A stretch of DNA of 63,714 nucleotides, filler included, from Collodictyon triciliatum (taxonomy: Eukaryota): NCBI GenBank assembly GCA_043381765.1. It is 6 parts of 5 records of this genome, joined end to end, with 100 filler letters (N's around TTAATTAATTAA, not from the genome) between each part and the next. Parts side by side here need not be neighbours in the genome. Positions count along the whole stretch, not along the records: positions 11,142 to 37,271 come from JBHJMP010000919.1; 5 more parts are not named here. One strand, given 5' to 3'. Positions within the stretch are counted from its first letter, which is position 1; each line of letters begins with the position of its first letter. A model generated the notes under the pieces. The model searched no databases. It was not told where the DNA came from and saw only the letters and a list, made by a program, of their open reading frames with translations. The translations under genes were made by a program, and so were the position numbers. Below, piece after piece: positions 20,945 to 30,101 of the stretch.

Positions 20945-21223
20945 ATGAGCGCAGTTAAAACTTTACAGGAGCGGATCAAGGAATTGGAAAAGCAGAGAAA
21001 AGAACTGGTTCAGTGGCGGAAGAATGAAATATTTGAGGTAATAAATGCCAATGGCGGCATTTGCCTGGACAATAGGTTACTTGCAGGTCTGGCGATTTAT
21101 GCTTCCATGGAAGAAAACAGGAACGATGCTTTTCTTGAAAAGCTGAAAGAGATTGGTTCAAAGGCAACGTTTCCCAGTAGGCGGAAGAAATCGGGTACGA
21201 AATCTGGTAACCAGAACGGATAA
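20945..21223 (+). CDS. Small coiled-coil protein, possibly Ti-type TraC-like
   Basis: 92 aa, N-terminal coiled coil, immediately upstream of Ti-type traD as in traCD pairs. Confidence 0.45.
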   Translation: MSAVKTLQERIKELEKQRKELVQWRKNEIFEVINANGGICLDNRLLAGLAIYASMEENRNDAFLEKLKEIGSKATFPSRRKKSGTKSGNQNG

Positions 21224-21242
21224 AAAAATAAGGTATTTTGCA

Positions 21243-21506
21243 ATGTTAAAAAAGAATGAATCCATTTTTGAGAGGAAGAGCGATGCCAGGAAAAAGATCA
21301 TGTTAGGCGGTTTGCTGGTTAAGGCCGGTTTTGATCATATGCACCCACATGATGCAAGCGTGCTTTACGGAATGCTCCTTGATTGCAAAAGAGCCTTAAA
21401 GGAGAAACCGGAATTGATGTCCAGGTGGAGGAAAATGGGAAAGGCGTTACTAACAGGTAAAAATGATAAATTTATGAAACCGGAGCAGAAAGGGAATGGG
21501 ATATAG
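21243..21506 (+). CDS. Ti-plasmid-type small TraD protein
   Basis: RKSDARKKIMLGGLLVKAG...LYGMLL...W...G, the signature of the small Ti-type TraD family. Confidence 0.85.
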   Translation: MLKKNESIFERKSDARKKIMLGGLLVKAGFDHMHPHDASVLYGMLLDCKRALKEKPELMSRWRKMGKALLTGKNDKFMKPEQKGNGI

Positions 21507-21567
21507 ACCGGAGATACCGGTCTATAAGCAGGGGAATCTTGGCGGATGCTTCCTGTTTATAGACCTT

Positions 21568-22608
21568 ATGGACCTAAAAAAAAGGCAGATAGCGATTTTA
21601 ATAATAGCTATTTTCATACCTGTTTCAGGAAATGCCAGTCTGACATGCAAAGGCCGGTTTGTCAATCCGATAACTGATGTTTGCTGGAGCTGTTTATTAC
21701 CTATTTCAATTGGAACTCCTCCAACCGGTGTAGAGATCGGCAAGGGCTCAAGTCCCAAGAAACGAGATACCAGAAACCCTAAAAGTCCCGTCTGTGTCTG
21801 CAGCAAAGGAACTCCTCCGATACCCATACCCGGTATTTCCATAGGCTTCTGGGAACCTGTACGCCTTGTAGATATTACAAGAACACCGTACTGCATGGTA
21901 AATCTTGGCGGAGTCATGCTTGGCTCTGATATGCGCAAGGTCAGCAGTTACAATAGAAGCTATGGGAATAGAACTGCGCATAACAGTTTTTATCATGTTC
22001 ATTATTACATATATCCGCTTATTTACTGGCTTGAACTGATTACCGATTTTGCTTGCCTTGAGGAATCGACTTTTGATGTTGCTTACATGAGTGAATATGA
22101 CGTTACCTGGAATGATGAAAAACTACAGAGTCTGCTTAATCCGGAAAGTATACTATTTGGCAATATGCTAGCTCAGGCAGCGTGCGGCCTGGACTGCGGT
22201 GCGGCTACGTTTAATTTACCTGATGATAGCATGTTCTGGTGTAGTGGGTGCTGGGGCAACATGTATCCGTTTTCAGGTGCCAACGCGGATCATATCGGCG
22301 GAGCCGGGAATAGTTCATTACTTACTACCAGGATACTAGCCAAGATGCACCGGATAGGTCTTGCTGCAGAAACTTCAACATCGGACGGCTCAATAAATGG
22401 AGCAATCTGTCGCAAATTCAGGGCTCCAAAAATTAAAAAGAGCCAATACAAATTACAGATGGTAAATCCGGTAACAACCTCTGCAGGTATAGGATGTTGG
22501 CCGATTGGATTATCCGACATGTTATATAGCAGTTTTAAGGAATACCCGTATGACGGGCAAGATTGGGGGTACTTGATATGGCGCAAAAAAAATTGTTGCT
22601 GGTTTTAG
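21568..22608 (+). CDS. traU: TraU
   Basis: C.GRFVNPITDVCWSCLLPISIG, GFWEPVRLV, FYHVHYY.YP, IWRKKNCC. Confidence 0.95.
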   Translation: MDLKKRQIAILIIAIFIPVSGNASLTCKGRFVNPITDVCWSCLLPISIGTPPTGVEIGKGSSPKKRDTRNPKSPVCVCSKGTPPIPIPGISIGFWEPVRLVDITRTPYCMVNLGGVMLGSDMRKVSSYNRSYGNRTAHNSFYHVHYYIYPLIYWLELITDFACLEESTFDVAYMSEYDVTWNDEKLQSLLNPESILFGNMLAQAACGLDCGAATFNLPDDSMFWCSGCWGNMYPFSGANADHIGGAGNSSLLTTRILAKMHRIGLAAETSTSDGSINGAICRKFRAPKIKKSQYKLQMVNPVTTSAGIGCWPIGLSDMLYSSFKEYPYDGQDWGYLIWRKKNCCWF

Positions 22609-23270
22609 CGGCACTAATTCCCATGTTTCTTATGGCAAACAGTAATGTAGAAGCCGGGAAGGGGCTATTAGCAGAGCACGTAGCGGAAGCAGATAGAGAC
22701 CGGCTTAAAGGTCTTATAGAGGAATCACGGGAAATTGTAATGAGTACTATCGCTGAAAAATACAGAGAGTTGCTTATGCTACGGCAGCAGCGGGATGGAG
22801 TAATAGAGAATAAGGATTTAACGGGCTCAGGTGGGCCAGGTAGAGATTACAGAGACTCGATTTTGCTAAAAGTTTTTATCAGTAGCAGTATGAGCCCTGA
22901 GATACTTAAAACTTATGTTAGGCAAGCAAAGCGCTACGGAGGGGTTCTGGTATTTAACGGCTTGCCTGGTAACTCCTGGGTGAAGCTGAATAAGACGGTA
23001 ACGGAAATAGTAGGTGATGAAGAAGGAGTAGGGATACAGATTGATCCTGAGGAATTTGACAGATTCAACATTAAAACGGTACCTGCCTTTGTACTCTTTA
23101 AAGAAGATAACAGGGTCACCTACACATCGAAGGAAGCGGAAGAAAATAAGGTTATCTATGACAAGGTAACAGGAAATATCGGTATAGAAGCTGCATTACG
23201 TTTATTTGCCGAAAAAGGGGAGTTAAGCCTCGAAGCACAAACAAAACTGGAGAATACAAGGGATGAATAA
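22578..23270 (+). CDS. trbC: F-type TrbC
   Basis: VFISSSM...L, IQIDP..F..FNI..VPAFV, D.V.GNI...AL. Confidence 0.9.
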   Translation: MAQKKLLLVLAALIPMFLMANSNVEAGKGLLAEHVAEADRDRLKGLIEESREIVMSTIAEKYRELLMLRQQRDGVIENKDLTGSGGPGRDYRDSILLKVFISSSMSPEILKTYVRQAKRYGGVLVFNGLPGNSWVKLNKTVTEIVGDEEGVGIQIDPEEFDRFNIKTVPAFVLFKEDNRVTYTSKEAEENKVIYDKVTGNIGIEAALRLFAEKGELSLEAQTKLENTRDE

Positions 23271-24363
23271 GGTTAGAGTTAAATTAACAATAGTTTTTTG
23301 TATCAGGTTATTGGAAGCATCTGCTTATGGAGCTTACCGGGATCCGATTGCAAAAACCAATATTAATCCCAAAACGGATTTATTTGAAAAGGAGATAGAG
23401 GATTACGGTACTTTCCGGGATCATATGGGCTCTTTAAGGGAGCAGGCGGTTAACGGTATAGGTTCTCCAGATAATCTTGAATTGATATCGGATAAAACGG
23501 ACGATGAAATTAAGGCAGCTGCAAGTGATTTAAGTACCATCAGGGCAACCGATTTGCAGGTAAAGGGTCAGGAAGAGGTACTAAGAACAGGCATAATGGA
23601 GGAGTTGCATGTTGACTATACAAATCCGTTAAATACCGAGTATCAAAAAGATGCGTCCCGTATTGCAGATGCTTCAGGAAATCTACTTAAAAAACTGACT
23701 GAATTATTCAAGGAGTTTGGAATAGATTGCAAAGCCGTCAAGGGTAACATGGTAATTGAACCCGAATATTATATCGATATTAAAAAAGAGCAGATAAAAG
23801 ATACCGTTTATACCAAGGCAATATGTGAAGAGCCAAGGAACAGGTACAAATGTTATGACGTGCTAACTGCAAGTTGCAAACGAAAGGGAGCGGTAGGGGA
23901 GCTGAAATATGTATTTCTAGCAGTTGACGGTTTTGTAAATCAGTTGTTAGAGGGTACACGCAGGGTTGGTTATGATGACAGAGCGGTATTAGCGCAACTC
24001 GAAGGCCGTTTAGCTGATATGACTCCCTATTCCTCGGTAATTAAGGGCATTATCGGCAAAATATTTAAAAAAACCAACATTACAGTGCCGTCCTATCGTT
24101 TAGAAATAACACCAAAACGTATCTACCGTGGATACGAAGCCTTACGAAATCATTTTGCTTTGAGAAAGCTTATACAGATGTCGGTACAGGCAAGAACCGG
24201 AGAATGGTTTGATAATTGGATAGAGGCTATCCAGGCAAGTTCCATGAGTTGCCGGTACTCCTTAATTACTTATAACGGTCGGTTTATTCCGCTGTTCTAC
24301 TATGACGAGGGTTGTGTGGAATGGTCTGATGAATGGGATGAGGTATGCGGATTAGAATCATGA
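23263..24363 (+). CDS. traN: TraN N-terminal/tip module, copy 1 (366 aa)
   Basis: Sits at the traN locus, with a signal peptide, Cys pattern C..(CEEPRN.Y.C...L...C) and terminal CVEW.DEW.EVC. Confidence 0.7.
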   Translation: MNKVRVKLTIVFCIRLLEASAYGAYRDPIAKTNINPKTDLFEKEIEDYGTFRDHMGSLREQAVNGIGSPDNLELISDKTDDEIKAAASDLSTIRATDLQVKGQEEVLRTGIMEELHVDYTNPLNTEYQKDASRIADASGNLLKKLTELFKEFGIDCKAVKGNMVIEPEYYIDIKKEQIKDTVYTKAICEEPRNRYKCYDVLTASCKRKGAVGELKYVFLAVDGFVNQLLEGTRRVGYDDRAVLAQLEGRLADMTPYSSVIKGIIGKIFKKTNITVPSYRLEITPKRIYRGYEALRNHFALRKLIQMSVQARTGEWFDNWIEAIQASSMSCRYSLITYNGRFIPLFYYDEGCVEWSDEWDEVCGLES

Positions 24364-24529
24364 AAATATTAAATCCGGTAATGATGATTTGGATGTTCTC
24401 AAATAACAGTTTAAGCGATTTAGATGAGCCGGATAACGGTTTTAAGAATCAGGCTTTCCTTAAGGCATTTGCCGGTAACGGTATGGGCCGGATTTTATCT
24501 GATGAAACCGATAAGAACAAAATCGGAGA

Positions 24530-25582
24530 ATGGCGCAAATGATTAAGATTAGAGTTAAATTAACAATAGTTTTGTGTATCAGGTTATTGGAAGTACCTGC
24601 TTATGGAACTTACCGGGATCCGATTGCAAAAACCAATATTAATCCCAAAACGGATTTATTTGAAAAGGAGATAGAGGATTACGGTACTTTCCGGGATCAT
24701 ATGGGCTCTTTAAGGGAGCAGGCGGCCCAGGGTATCGGCGCTCCGGGCAACCTTGAACTGATATCGGATAAAACGGACGATGAAATCAAGGCAGCTGCAA
24801 GTAATTTAAGTACCATAAGGGCAACCGATTTGGAGGTAAATGGTCAGGAAGAGGTACTAAGAACGGGCATAATGGAGGAGTTACATGTTGATTATACGGA
24901 TTCGTTAATAGCCGGACATAAAAAAGATGCATCCCGTATTGCTGATAGCTCAGGCGAGCTACTTAAAAAACTGACTGAATTATTCAAGGAGTTTGGAATA
25001 GATTGCCGGACCGTCAAAGGAAACAAGGTAATTGAACCTGAGTATTATATTGATGTTAAAAAGGAGCAGGTAAAGGACACCGTTTATACCAGGGCTATGT
25101 GTGAAGAACCAAGGAACAAATATAATTGCCAAGACGTTCTAACTACAAAGTGCAAACGAAGGGGAGCGGTGGGGGGCTTGAAATACGTTGTACGTATGAC
25201 TTGGTATCATGCTGTTGGTGGTTTGGGCTTTTATGGTAGAACCAAACTTGGTTATGAGTATGATTTCTATCTCTCAAGAGACGGTGAAATTGATCTATCG
25301 CCTTTTTTTCCGGAAATTAAACGCATAATGAATAAAAGGCCTTTCTCATTATCACTGAGTGCTGCCTTTGAAACTATTGACGTAGATAAAATTATTCTGC
25401 CGCCTCAGCGTTATATTCCATACAAGATAACCTTGCAGCAAAGAACCGGCGAGTGGATCGAGAAGGATTTCACATTATTACCTCTTTTCCAAGGAGGTTT
25501 GCCTTTTCCTTTGTTCTACTACGATGAGGGTTGTGTGGAGTGGGTTGATGAATGGGATGAGGTATGCGGGTTAGAATCATGA
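24530..25582 (+). CDS. traN: TraN N-terminal/tip module, copy 2 (350 aa)
   Basis: First ~215 aa and last ~25 aa are highly similar to copy 1; the central segment differs. Confidence 0.7.
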   Translation: MAQMIKIRVKLTIVLCIRLLEVPAYGTYRDPIAKTNINPKTDLFEKEIEDYGTFRDHMGSLREQAAQGIGAPGNLELISDKTDDEIKAAASNLSTIRATDLEVNGQEEVLRTGIMEELHVDYTDSLIAGHKKDASRIADSSGELLKKLTELFKEFGIDCRTVKGNKVIEPEYYIDVKKEQVKDTVYTRAMCEEPRNKYNCQDVLTTKCKRRGAVGGLKYVVRMTWYHAVGGLGFYGRTKLGYEYDFYLSRDGEIDLSPFFPEIKRIMNKRPFSLSLSAAFETIDVDKIILPPQRYIPYKITLQQRTGEWIEKDFTLLPLFQGGLPFPLFYYDEGCVEWVDEWDEVCGLES

Positions 25583-25708
25583 AAATATTAAAATCGGTAA
25601 TGATAATTCGGATAACGGTTTTAAGAATCAGGTTTTTCTTAAGGCATTTGTCGGTAACGGTATGGGCAGGATTTTACCTGATGAAACCGATAAGAACAAA
25701 ATCGGAGA

Positions 25709-26779
25709 ATGGCGCAAATGATTAAGATTAGAGTTAAATTAACAATAGTTTTTTGTATCCGGTTATTGGAAGCGTCTGCTTATGGAGCTTACCGGGATCC
25801 GATTGCAAAAACCAATATTAATCCGAAAACGGATTTATTTGAGAAGGAGATAGAGGATTACGGTACTTTCGAGAAAGCTATGGACGCTTTAAAGGAGCAG
25901 GCAGTTAACGGTATTACTTCTTCCGGCAACCTTGAATTGATAACGGATAAAACGGACGATGAAATTAAAGCCGCAGCAGGTGATTTAAGTACCATCAAGG
26001 CAACGGATTTAGAGGCAAGGGGAAGGGAAGAGGTACTAAGAACGGGTATGACGGAGCTACATGTTGATTATATAAATCCGTTAAATACACAGCATCAAAA
26101 AGATGCGGTCAGTATTGCTGATAGCTCAGGCGAGCTGCTTGGAAAAGTACTTGTGCTATTTAAGGAATTTGGAATAGATTGCCGGGCTGCTCAGGGGAAC
26201 AAGGTAATTGAACCCGAGTATCATATCGAGATTAAAAAGGAGCAGATAAAAGACACTGTTTATACCAAGACGATGTGTGAAGAGCCGCGAAACAAATATA
26301 ACTGCCGGGATATTCTATCGATGCGCTGTAGTAAACGTGGGATTAGGTGGGGATTGTGGCAAAGCCGTCAGATAGTTATCTCAGGTAGCGAGTTATTTCG
26401 CTCAGGAAAAACCGTATTCTAGGTAGATCATACCGGAAGAAGCTGTTTTGAATACAAACTCTCAGTGGGGCCACGAACTATTGGCGGTTTCTTCAGCGCT
26501 CCTCGTACTATCCCGCCTAATTCCTATCATGTTGCACTGATGAGAGAGTTTCTAGTTACTAAACACCCCGGGAGCACTCTTGATAATATCAGTACCGAGA
26601 TGAGTTCATGGTGGAGTGGCGGTCTGTTTTCGGTAGACGGTTGGTATTACGGCGGTAGGAGGCTCGGTCATAAAGATTATGGATGGAGAAGTTATACGGT
26701 AAATTACCAATATAGGGACGGTTATCCTGTATGTGAGCAGTGGTCAGAAGATTGGAGCGAGACATGTATACTCCAATAA
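25709..26779 (+). pseudogene. traN: TraN N-terminal/tip module, copy 3, with one in-frame TAG at 26420-26422
   Basis: ORFs 25709-26422 and 26465-26779 are in the same frame (…VF*VDHTGRSCFEYKLSVGPR…), and the read-through ends YQYRDGYPVCEQWSEDWSETC. Confidence 0.75.
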
Positions 26780-27870
26780 AAAAACTGAATTTTATTTTGG
26801 AAATCTCTACCTGCTGGCTAATCCTGATCTTTGGCAACATGGAAGTTGCAATTGCAGGCAAAAGATTCATCTCAAGTCATCCTTGTAGTGATACGGGTAG
26901 GGTTTGCGTAAGCGGCGGCGGAACACGCAACATAGACGGCTTTGACGTATACCGTGATTGCTGGCAGTGGTCATATACTAAAACCTGTAATTATCCAAGT
27001 AAGAATAACTGCCGGAGTTATAGCGGGTGCTATTTTGTAGCAAACGGTAACTGCCTGCTTTTTGATAGTCAGGATAATTGCGTTAATCAGGAGCGGGAAT
27101 TTTCCTGTAAAGCCTGGGAGCCCGGAGTAATTGAAAACAAAACCGTCAGGTATGATTTAACACACAAAGACGGTCAGGAAGGACTGATCTGTAAGGGTAT
27201 TCCCTGTATGGACGGGAACTGTATAGATAAAAGTTATTTAACAAACGGTGAAATGATGGATTCAATATCGAAGCTTTATGCTTTTAGCAAGATGAAGCCT
27301 GATAGGGATGGAAATTTCAGTTTATTTCAGGGGTCGGGCTTACACTGCTCTAAGAAAATGGCCGAATATACGAATTGCTGCCGAATAAACATGAAGGGCT
27401 GGGGAAAAGAATTCGGGGCAAGGTGTAATAAGGATGAACAACTGCTTGCAAGAAATAGGTCAAAGAATTTATGTGTTTATGTAGGTAAGGAAAAAATAAA
27501 GTCGCTAGGGGTAACCACCGTTGTAAAACATCATTTCTGCTGCTTTGGCAATATGCTCGATAAAGTGGTGCAGGTACAAGGAAGAAAACAGCTTGGGTTA
27601 AACTTCGGTAGCGGAGGATCGCCAAACTGTCGTGGACTGACATTAACGGAAATGCAGAGGATAGATTGGGAACTGGTGGATTTTACGGAGTTCATTGAGG
27701 ATTTCAAAGGAAAGTTTTTTGGTAAATATCAGTCACCTAATCCTGATGAGATTGCAGGAAGAGTGAATAGCTCAATGCCCAGCATTAGAAAAGGCAATGA
27801 TGATCCATTAGATCCGCCGAGTAATATGACCGGCTGGAGTAGCAATATACCTGATGAGCTGGAGGAGTAA
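26764..27870 (+). CDS. traN: TraN C-terminal Cys-rich module
   Basis: GGTRNIDGFDVYRDCW, LFQGSGLHC, NCC...GWG, LCVYVG, FCCF...L...Q.QGRKQLG..FG....PNCRGLT..E.Q.IDW..VDF.EF; has its own signal-like N-terminus. Confidence 0.92.
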   Translation: MYTPIKKLNFILEISTCWLILIFGNMEVAIAGKRFISSHPCSDTGRVCVSGGGTRNIDGFDVYRDCWQWSYTKTCNYPSKNNCRSYSGCYFVANGNCLLFDSQDNCVNQEREFSCKAWEPGVIENKTVRYDLTHKDGQEGLICKGIPCMDGNCIDKSYLTNGEMMDSISKLYAFSKMKPDRDGNFSLFQGSGLHCSKKMAEYTNCCRINMKGWGKEFGARCNKDEQLLARNRSKNLCVYVGKEKIKSLGVTTVVKHHFCCFGNMLDKVVQVQGRKQLGLNFGSGGSPNCRGLTLTEMQRIDWELVDFTEFIEDFKGKFFGKYQSPNPDEIAGRVNSSMPSIRKGNDDPLDPPSNMTGWSSNIPDELEE

Positions 27871-27880
27871 GGGGGACGTG

Positions 27881-28705
27881 ATGAGAAAAAGAACCTGCAA
27901 TATTCCGATGTTTTTACTGATTGGCTTAATGGTATTGCCCTCTAGGGCTATAGCTGAGCCGGGGTTTTTTGAGCAACGTTACCGTGGCTGGTTATGGTTT
28001 GAAGAAAAGGAAGAAGGATCTAATTCAAAACCCTATTCCGGTAGCAAGAGTAATGAAGTGCCTGATGAAGAAATTACGGTAGAAGAGGCAAAGGGCGAAG
28101 TTGAAAGCATAATAAAAGAGCTGGAAGATTTGCGTTATGTCTATTTGGCCAGGCCAAATTACAAGACGCAAAAAGCCTATCGGGATAAACTCGGTGAAAT
28201 CATGGATAGGGGCATAAGGATGCAGGAATTATGGGACGAGCAGAACTTTATCGAACCGGAATATCGTGATCTGGTTAATTCCCCGGAAAATGTATTTGCC
28301 GTAAAACTGAATAGAAAAATCAAGGCGGAGGCCGAGAAGGAAATAATCAAGCAATTTGCAAGAGATTATGAACTGGTATTTTTCTATCGTAAATCTTGCC
28401 CACGGTCGAGTGAATTTGAACCTGTACTGAAATCCTTTGGAGATACGCACGGGATTAAAATAGAAGCCGTTAGTGTAGACGGCTCAGAATCAGAATATTT
28501 TAGGGGGAGTAGCACAGTTAGTGGGGACCTGATTAATAAACTCGGTATATCGGCAACACCGACGGTAATAGCCATAAGAAAGGATGCAAGAAAAGCGTTT
28601 GAGCTGATTCGGGGATTTGTCACTTTATCGGAGCTGGAGGAAAATACTGTCAAAGCCTGGCATATTATTGAAGAAAAAGGCATTAATGTTGGAGTGGGTA
28701 GATGA
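27881..28705 (+). CDS. traF: TraF (thioredoxin-like)
   Basis: RGWLWFEE, LVFFYRKSCP, AVSVDG, LGISATPT, G...L.EL. Confidence 0.9.
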   Translation: MRKRTCNIPMFLLIGLMVLPSRAIAEPGFFEQRYRGWLWFEEKEEGSNSKPYSGSKSNEVPDEEITVEEAKGEVESIIKELEDLRYVYLARPNYKTQKAYRDKLGEIMDRGIRMQELWDEQNFIEPEYRDLVNSPENVFAVKLNRKIKAEAEKEIIKQFARDYELVFFYRKSCPRSSEFEPVLKSFGDTHGIKIEAVSVDGSESEYFRGSSTVSGDLINKLGISATPTVIAIRKDARKAFELIRGFVTLSELEENTVKAWHIIEEKGINVGVGR

Positions 28706-30099
28706 TACGAGATCTGAAAACATTAATTGCCGGCGTCATATTAATTTTAACTTTTGCTACAAGGGACACCTATGCTAGCGGGCTGAACAAGCTGCTTAAA
28801 TTCATCGATCAAAGCGGCGGCATGTCCAATTATAATGCCCCTGCTATTATCCGGGATCAGCAGGGAGGGTTTATGACCGGCGGTTCTTTGCAGATCCGCG
28901 GCGCAAGACCCAAAACATTACAACCGGCACATGTTCAGTTACCCAGTTTTAACTTTGACGCCTGTAGAGGATCGGGTGATTTCAGGTTTGGAGGATTAAG
29001 TTTCATCAATTCTGCCGAGTTCTCAGCTTTTATGAAAAAACTGACGGCCAGTACCGGTGCTTATGCGTTTAAAATGGCGGCAAAGAGTTTCTGTCCGCAA
29101 TGCGAGAACATCATTGCCGAGTTTGAAGCAATAGCAAGAGACATAAACAATTTCAATCTGGAGCAATGCGGGCTTGCCAAACAGCTAGCCGGTGGATTAG
29201 TAGGGCAGCTTGAGGCCGGGCAAGGACAGAGCTGCCTTATGCATAATGCGGTGAAGAAAAACGGTAAGGATTTATCGGAAGCACATAAGCTTTGCGCAAA
29301 CGGAGCTTCTCCTTACGGCGATCCCGGCGATACGGAAGAACTTGCATCATTACTAGGGGATAATTTCAATCTGGTCTGGAAAGCGCTCAGCAAGGGTAGT
29401 TCCGATTCGGTAGAATTCAAGGAGTTGATGATGAGTGTTGCAGGAAGTCTGATTGCAACAAAAATAGAGGGTGGACTTAGTCTTAAGCCTCTACCTTCCC
29501 TGATTGTTGATTCATCTTTTCTTGAAAAATATATCGGTACCAAAGGGGAGTCAAGCAGGGTAGAGATGTATGTTTGTGATGAGAAGAAGAAATGCCTTGA
29601 TCCTAAGGTAGTGGTAACAACATTAACGGTGAAGGATACGTTATACGGTAAAATCGGTACTATACTGGATAGCCTTGTTGACAAGGTAGAGGAAGATGCC
29701 AAGGATCCCATTTTAAGTGACGAGGAAATGGCTTTAATTGAATATTCCTCAATTCCGATCATTCCTCTTATCCAGCAGGAGCTTTCCAGGCACGGTGATA
29801 AGACAAACATTTTCCTGAGAAATGCGGAATTCATCGATGTAATCTGTTATGAGGTGATGAGCGGATTTTTTGAAGGAATCCTGCATAAAACACTGAAAGA
29901 AGTAAGAGCTCTGGAATTTGCCCAGGTTGATAGCGGAAAAATAGAGAGATACCTTGATACGGCGCAGGAAGTACTATCGATGCTGCGTCATACTAAAGAA
30001 CATGCTTACAGTAGGTTGGTAGTGATCATGCAGGCTAAAGAGAGATTACGCCAGCAGGAAGCTGAATTTGATCTTATTTTTGAAAAACTGGGGGCTTGA
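28702..30099 (+). CDS. traH: TraH
   Basis: N.PA....QQGGFMTGGSL..R, LPSF...C...D..FGG.SFIN. Confidence 0.92.
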   Translation: MIRDLKTLIAGVILILTFATRDTYASGLNKLLKFIDQSGGMSNYNAPAIIRDQQGGFMTGGSLQIRGARPKTLQPAHVQLPSFNFDACRGSGDFRFGGLSFINSAEFSAFMKKLTASTGAYAFKMAAKSFCPQCENIIAEFEAIARDINNFNLEQCGLAKQLAGGLVGQLEAGQGQSCLMHNAVKKNGKDLSEAHKLCANGASPYGDPGDTEELASLLGDNFNLVWKALSKGSSDSVEFKELMMSVAGSLIATKIEGGLSLKPLPSLIVDSSFLEKYIGTKGESSRVEMYVCDEKKKCLDPKVVVTTLTVKDTLYGKIGTILDSLVDKVEEDAKDPILSDEEMALIEYSSIPIIPLIQQELSRHGDKTNIFLRNAEFIDVICYEVMSGFFEGILHKTLKEVRALEFAQVDSGKIERYLDTAQEVLSMLRHTKEHAYSRLVVIMQAKERLRQQEAEFDLIFEKLGA

Positions 30100-30101
30100 A
30101 T

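Noticed and set aside
23263-26779. Shufflon or diversity-generating retroelement behind the traN variation
   Set aside because: The copies are full direct repeats. I saw no inverted sfx-like sites, adjacent invertase, reverse transcriptase or adenine-specific TR/VR pair.
28390-28412. TraF lacking a full CxxC (SCPRS)
   Set aside because: Redox-inactive thioredoxin folds are known for F-type TraF, so this is not unusual.
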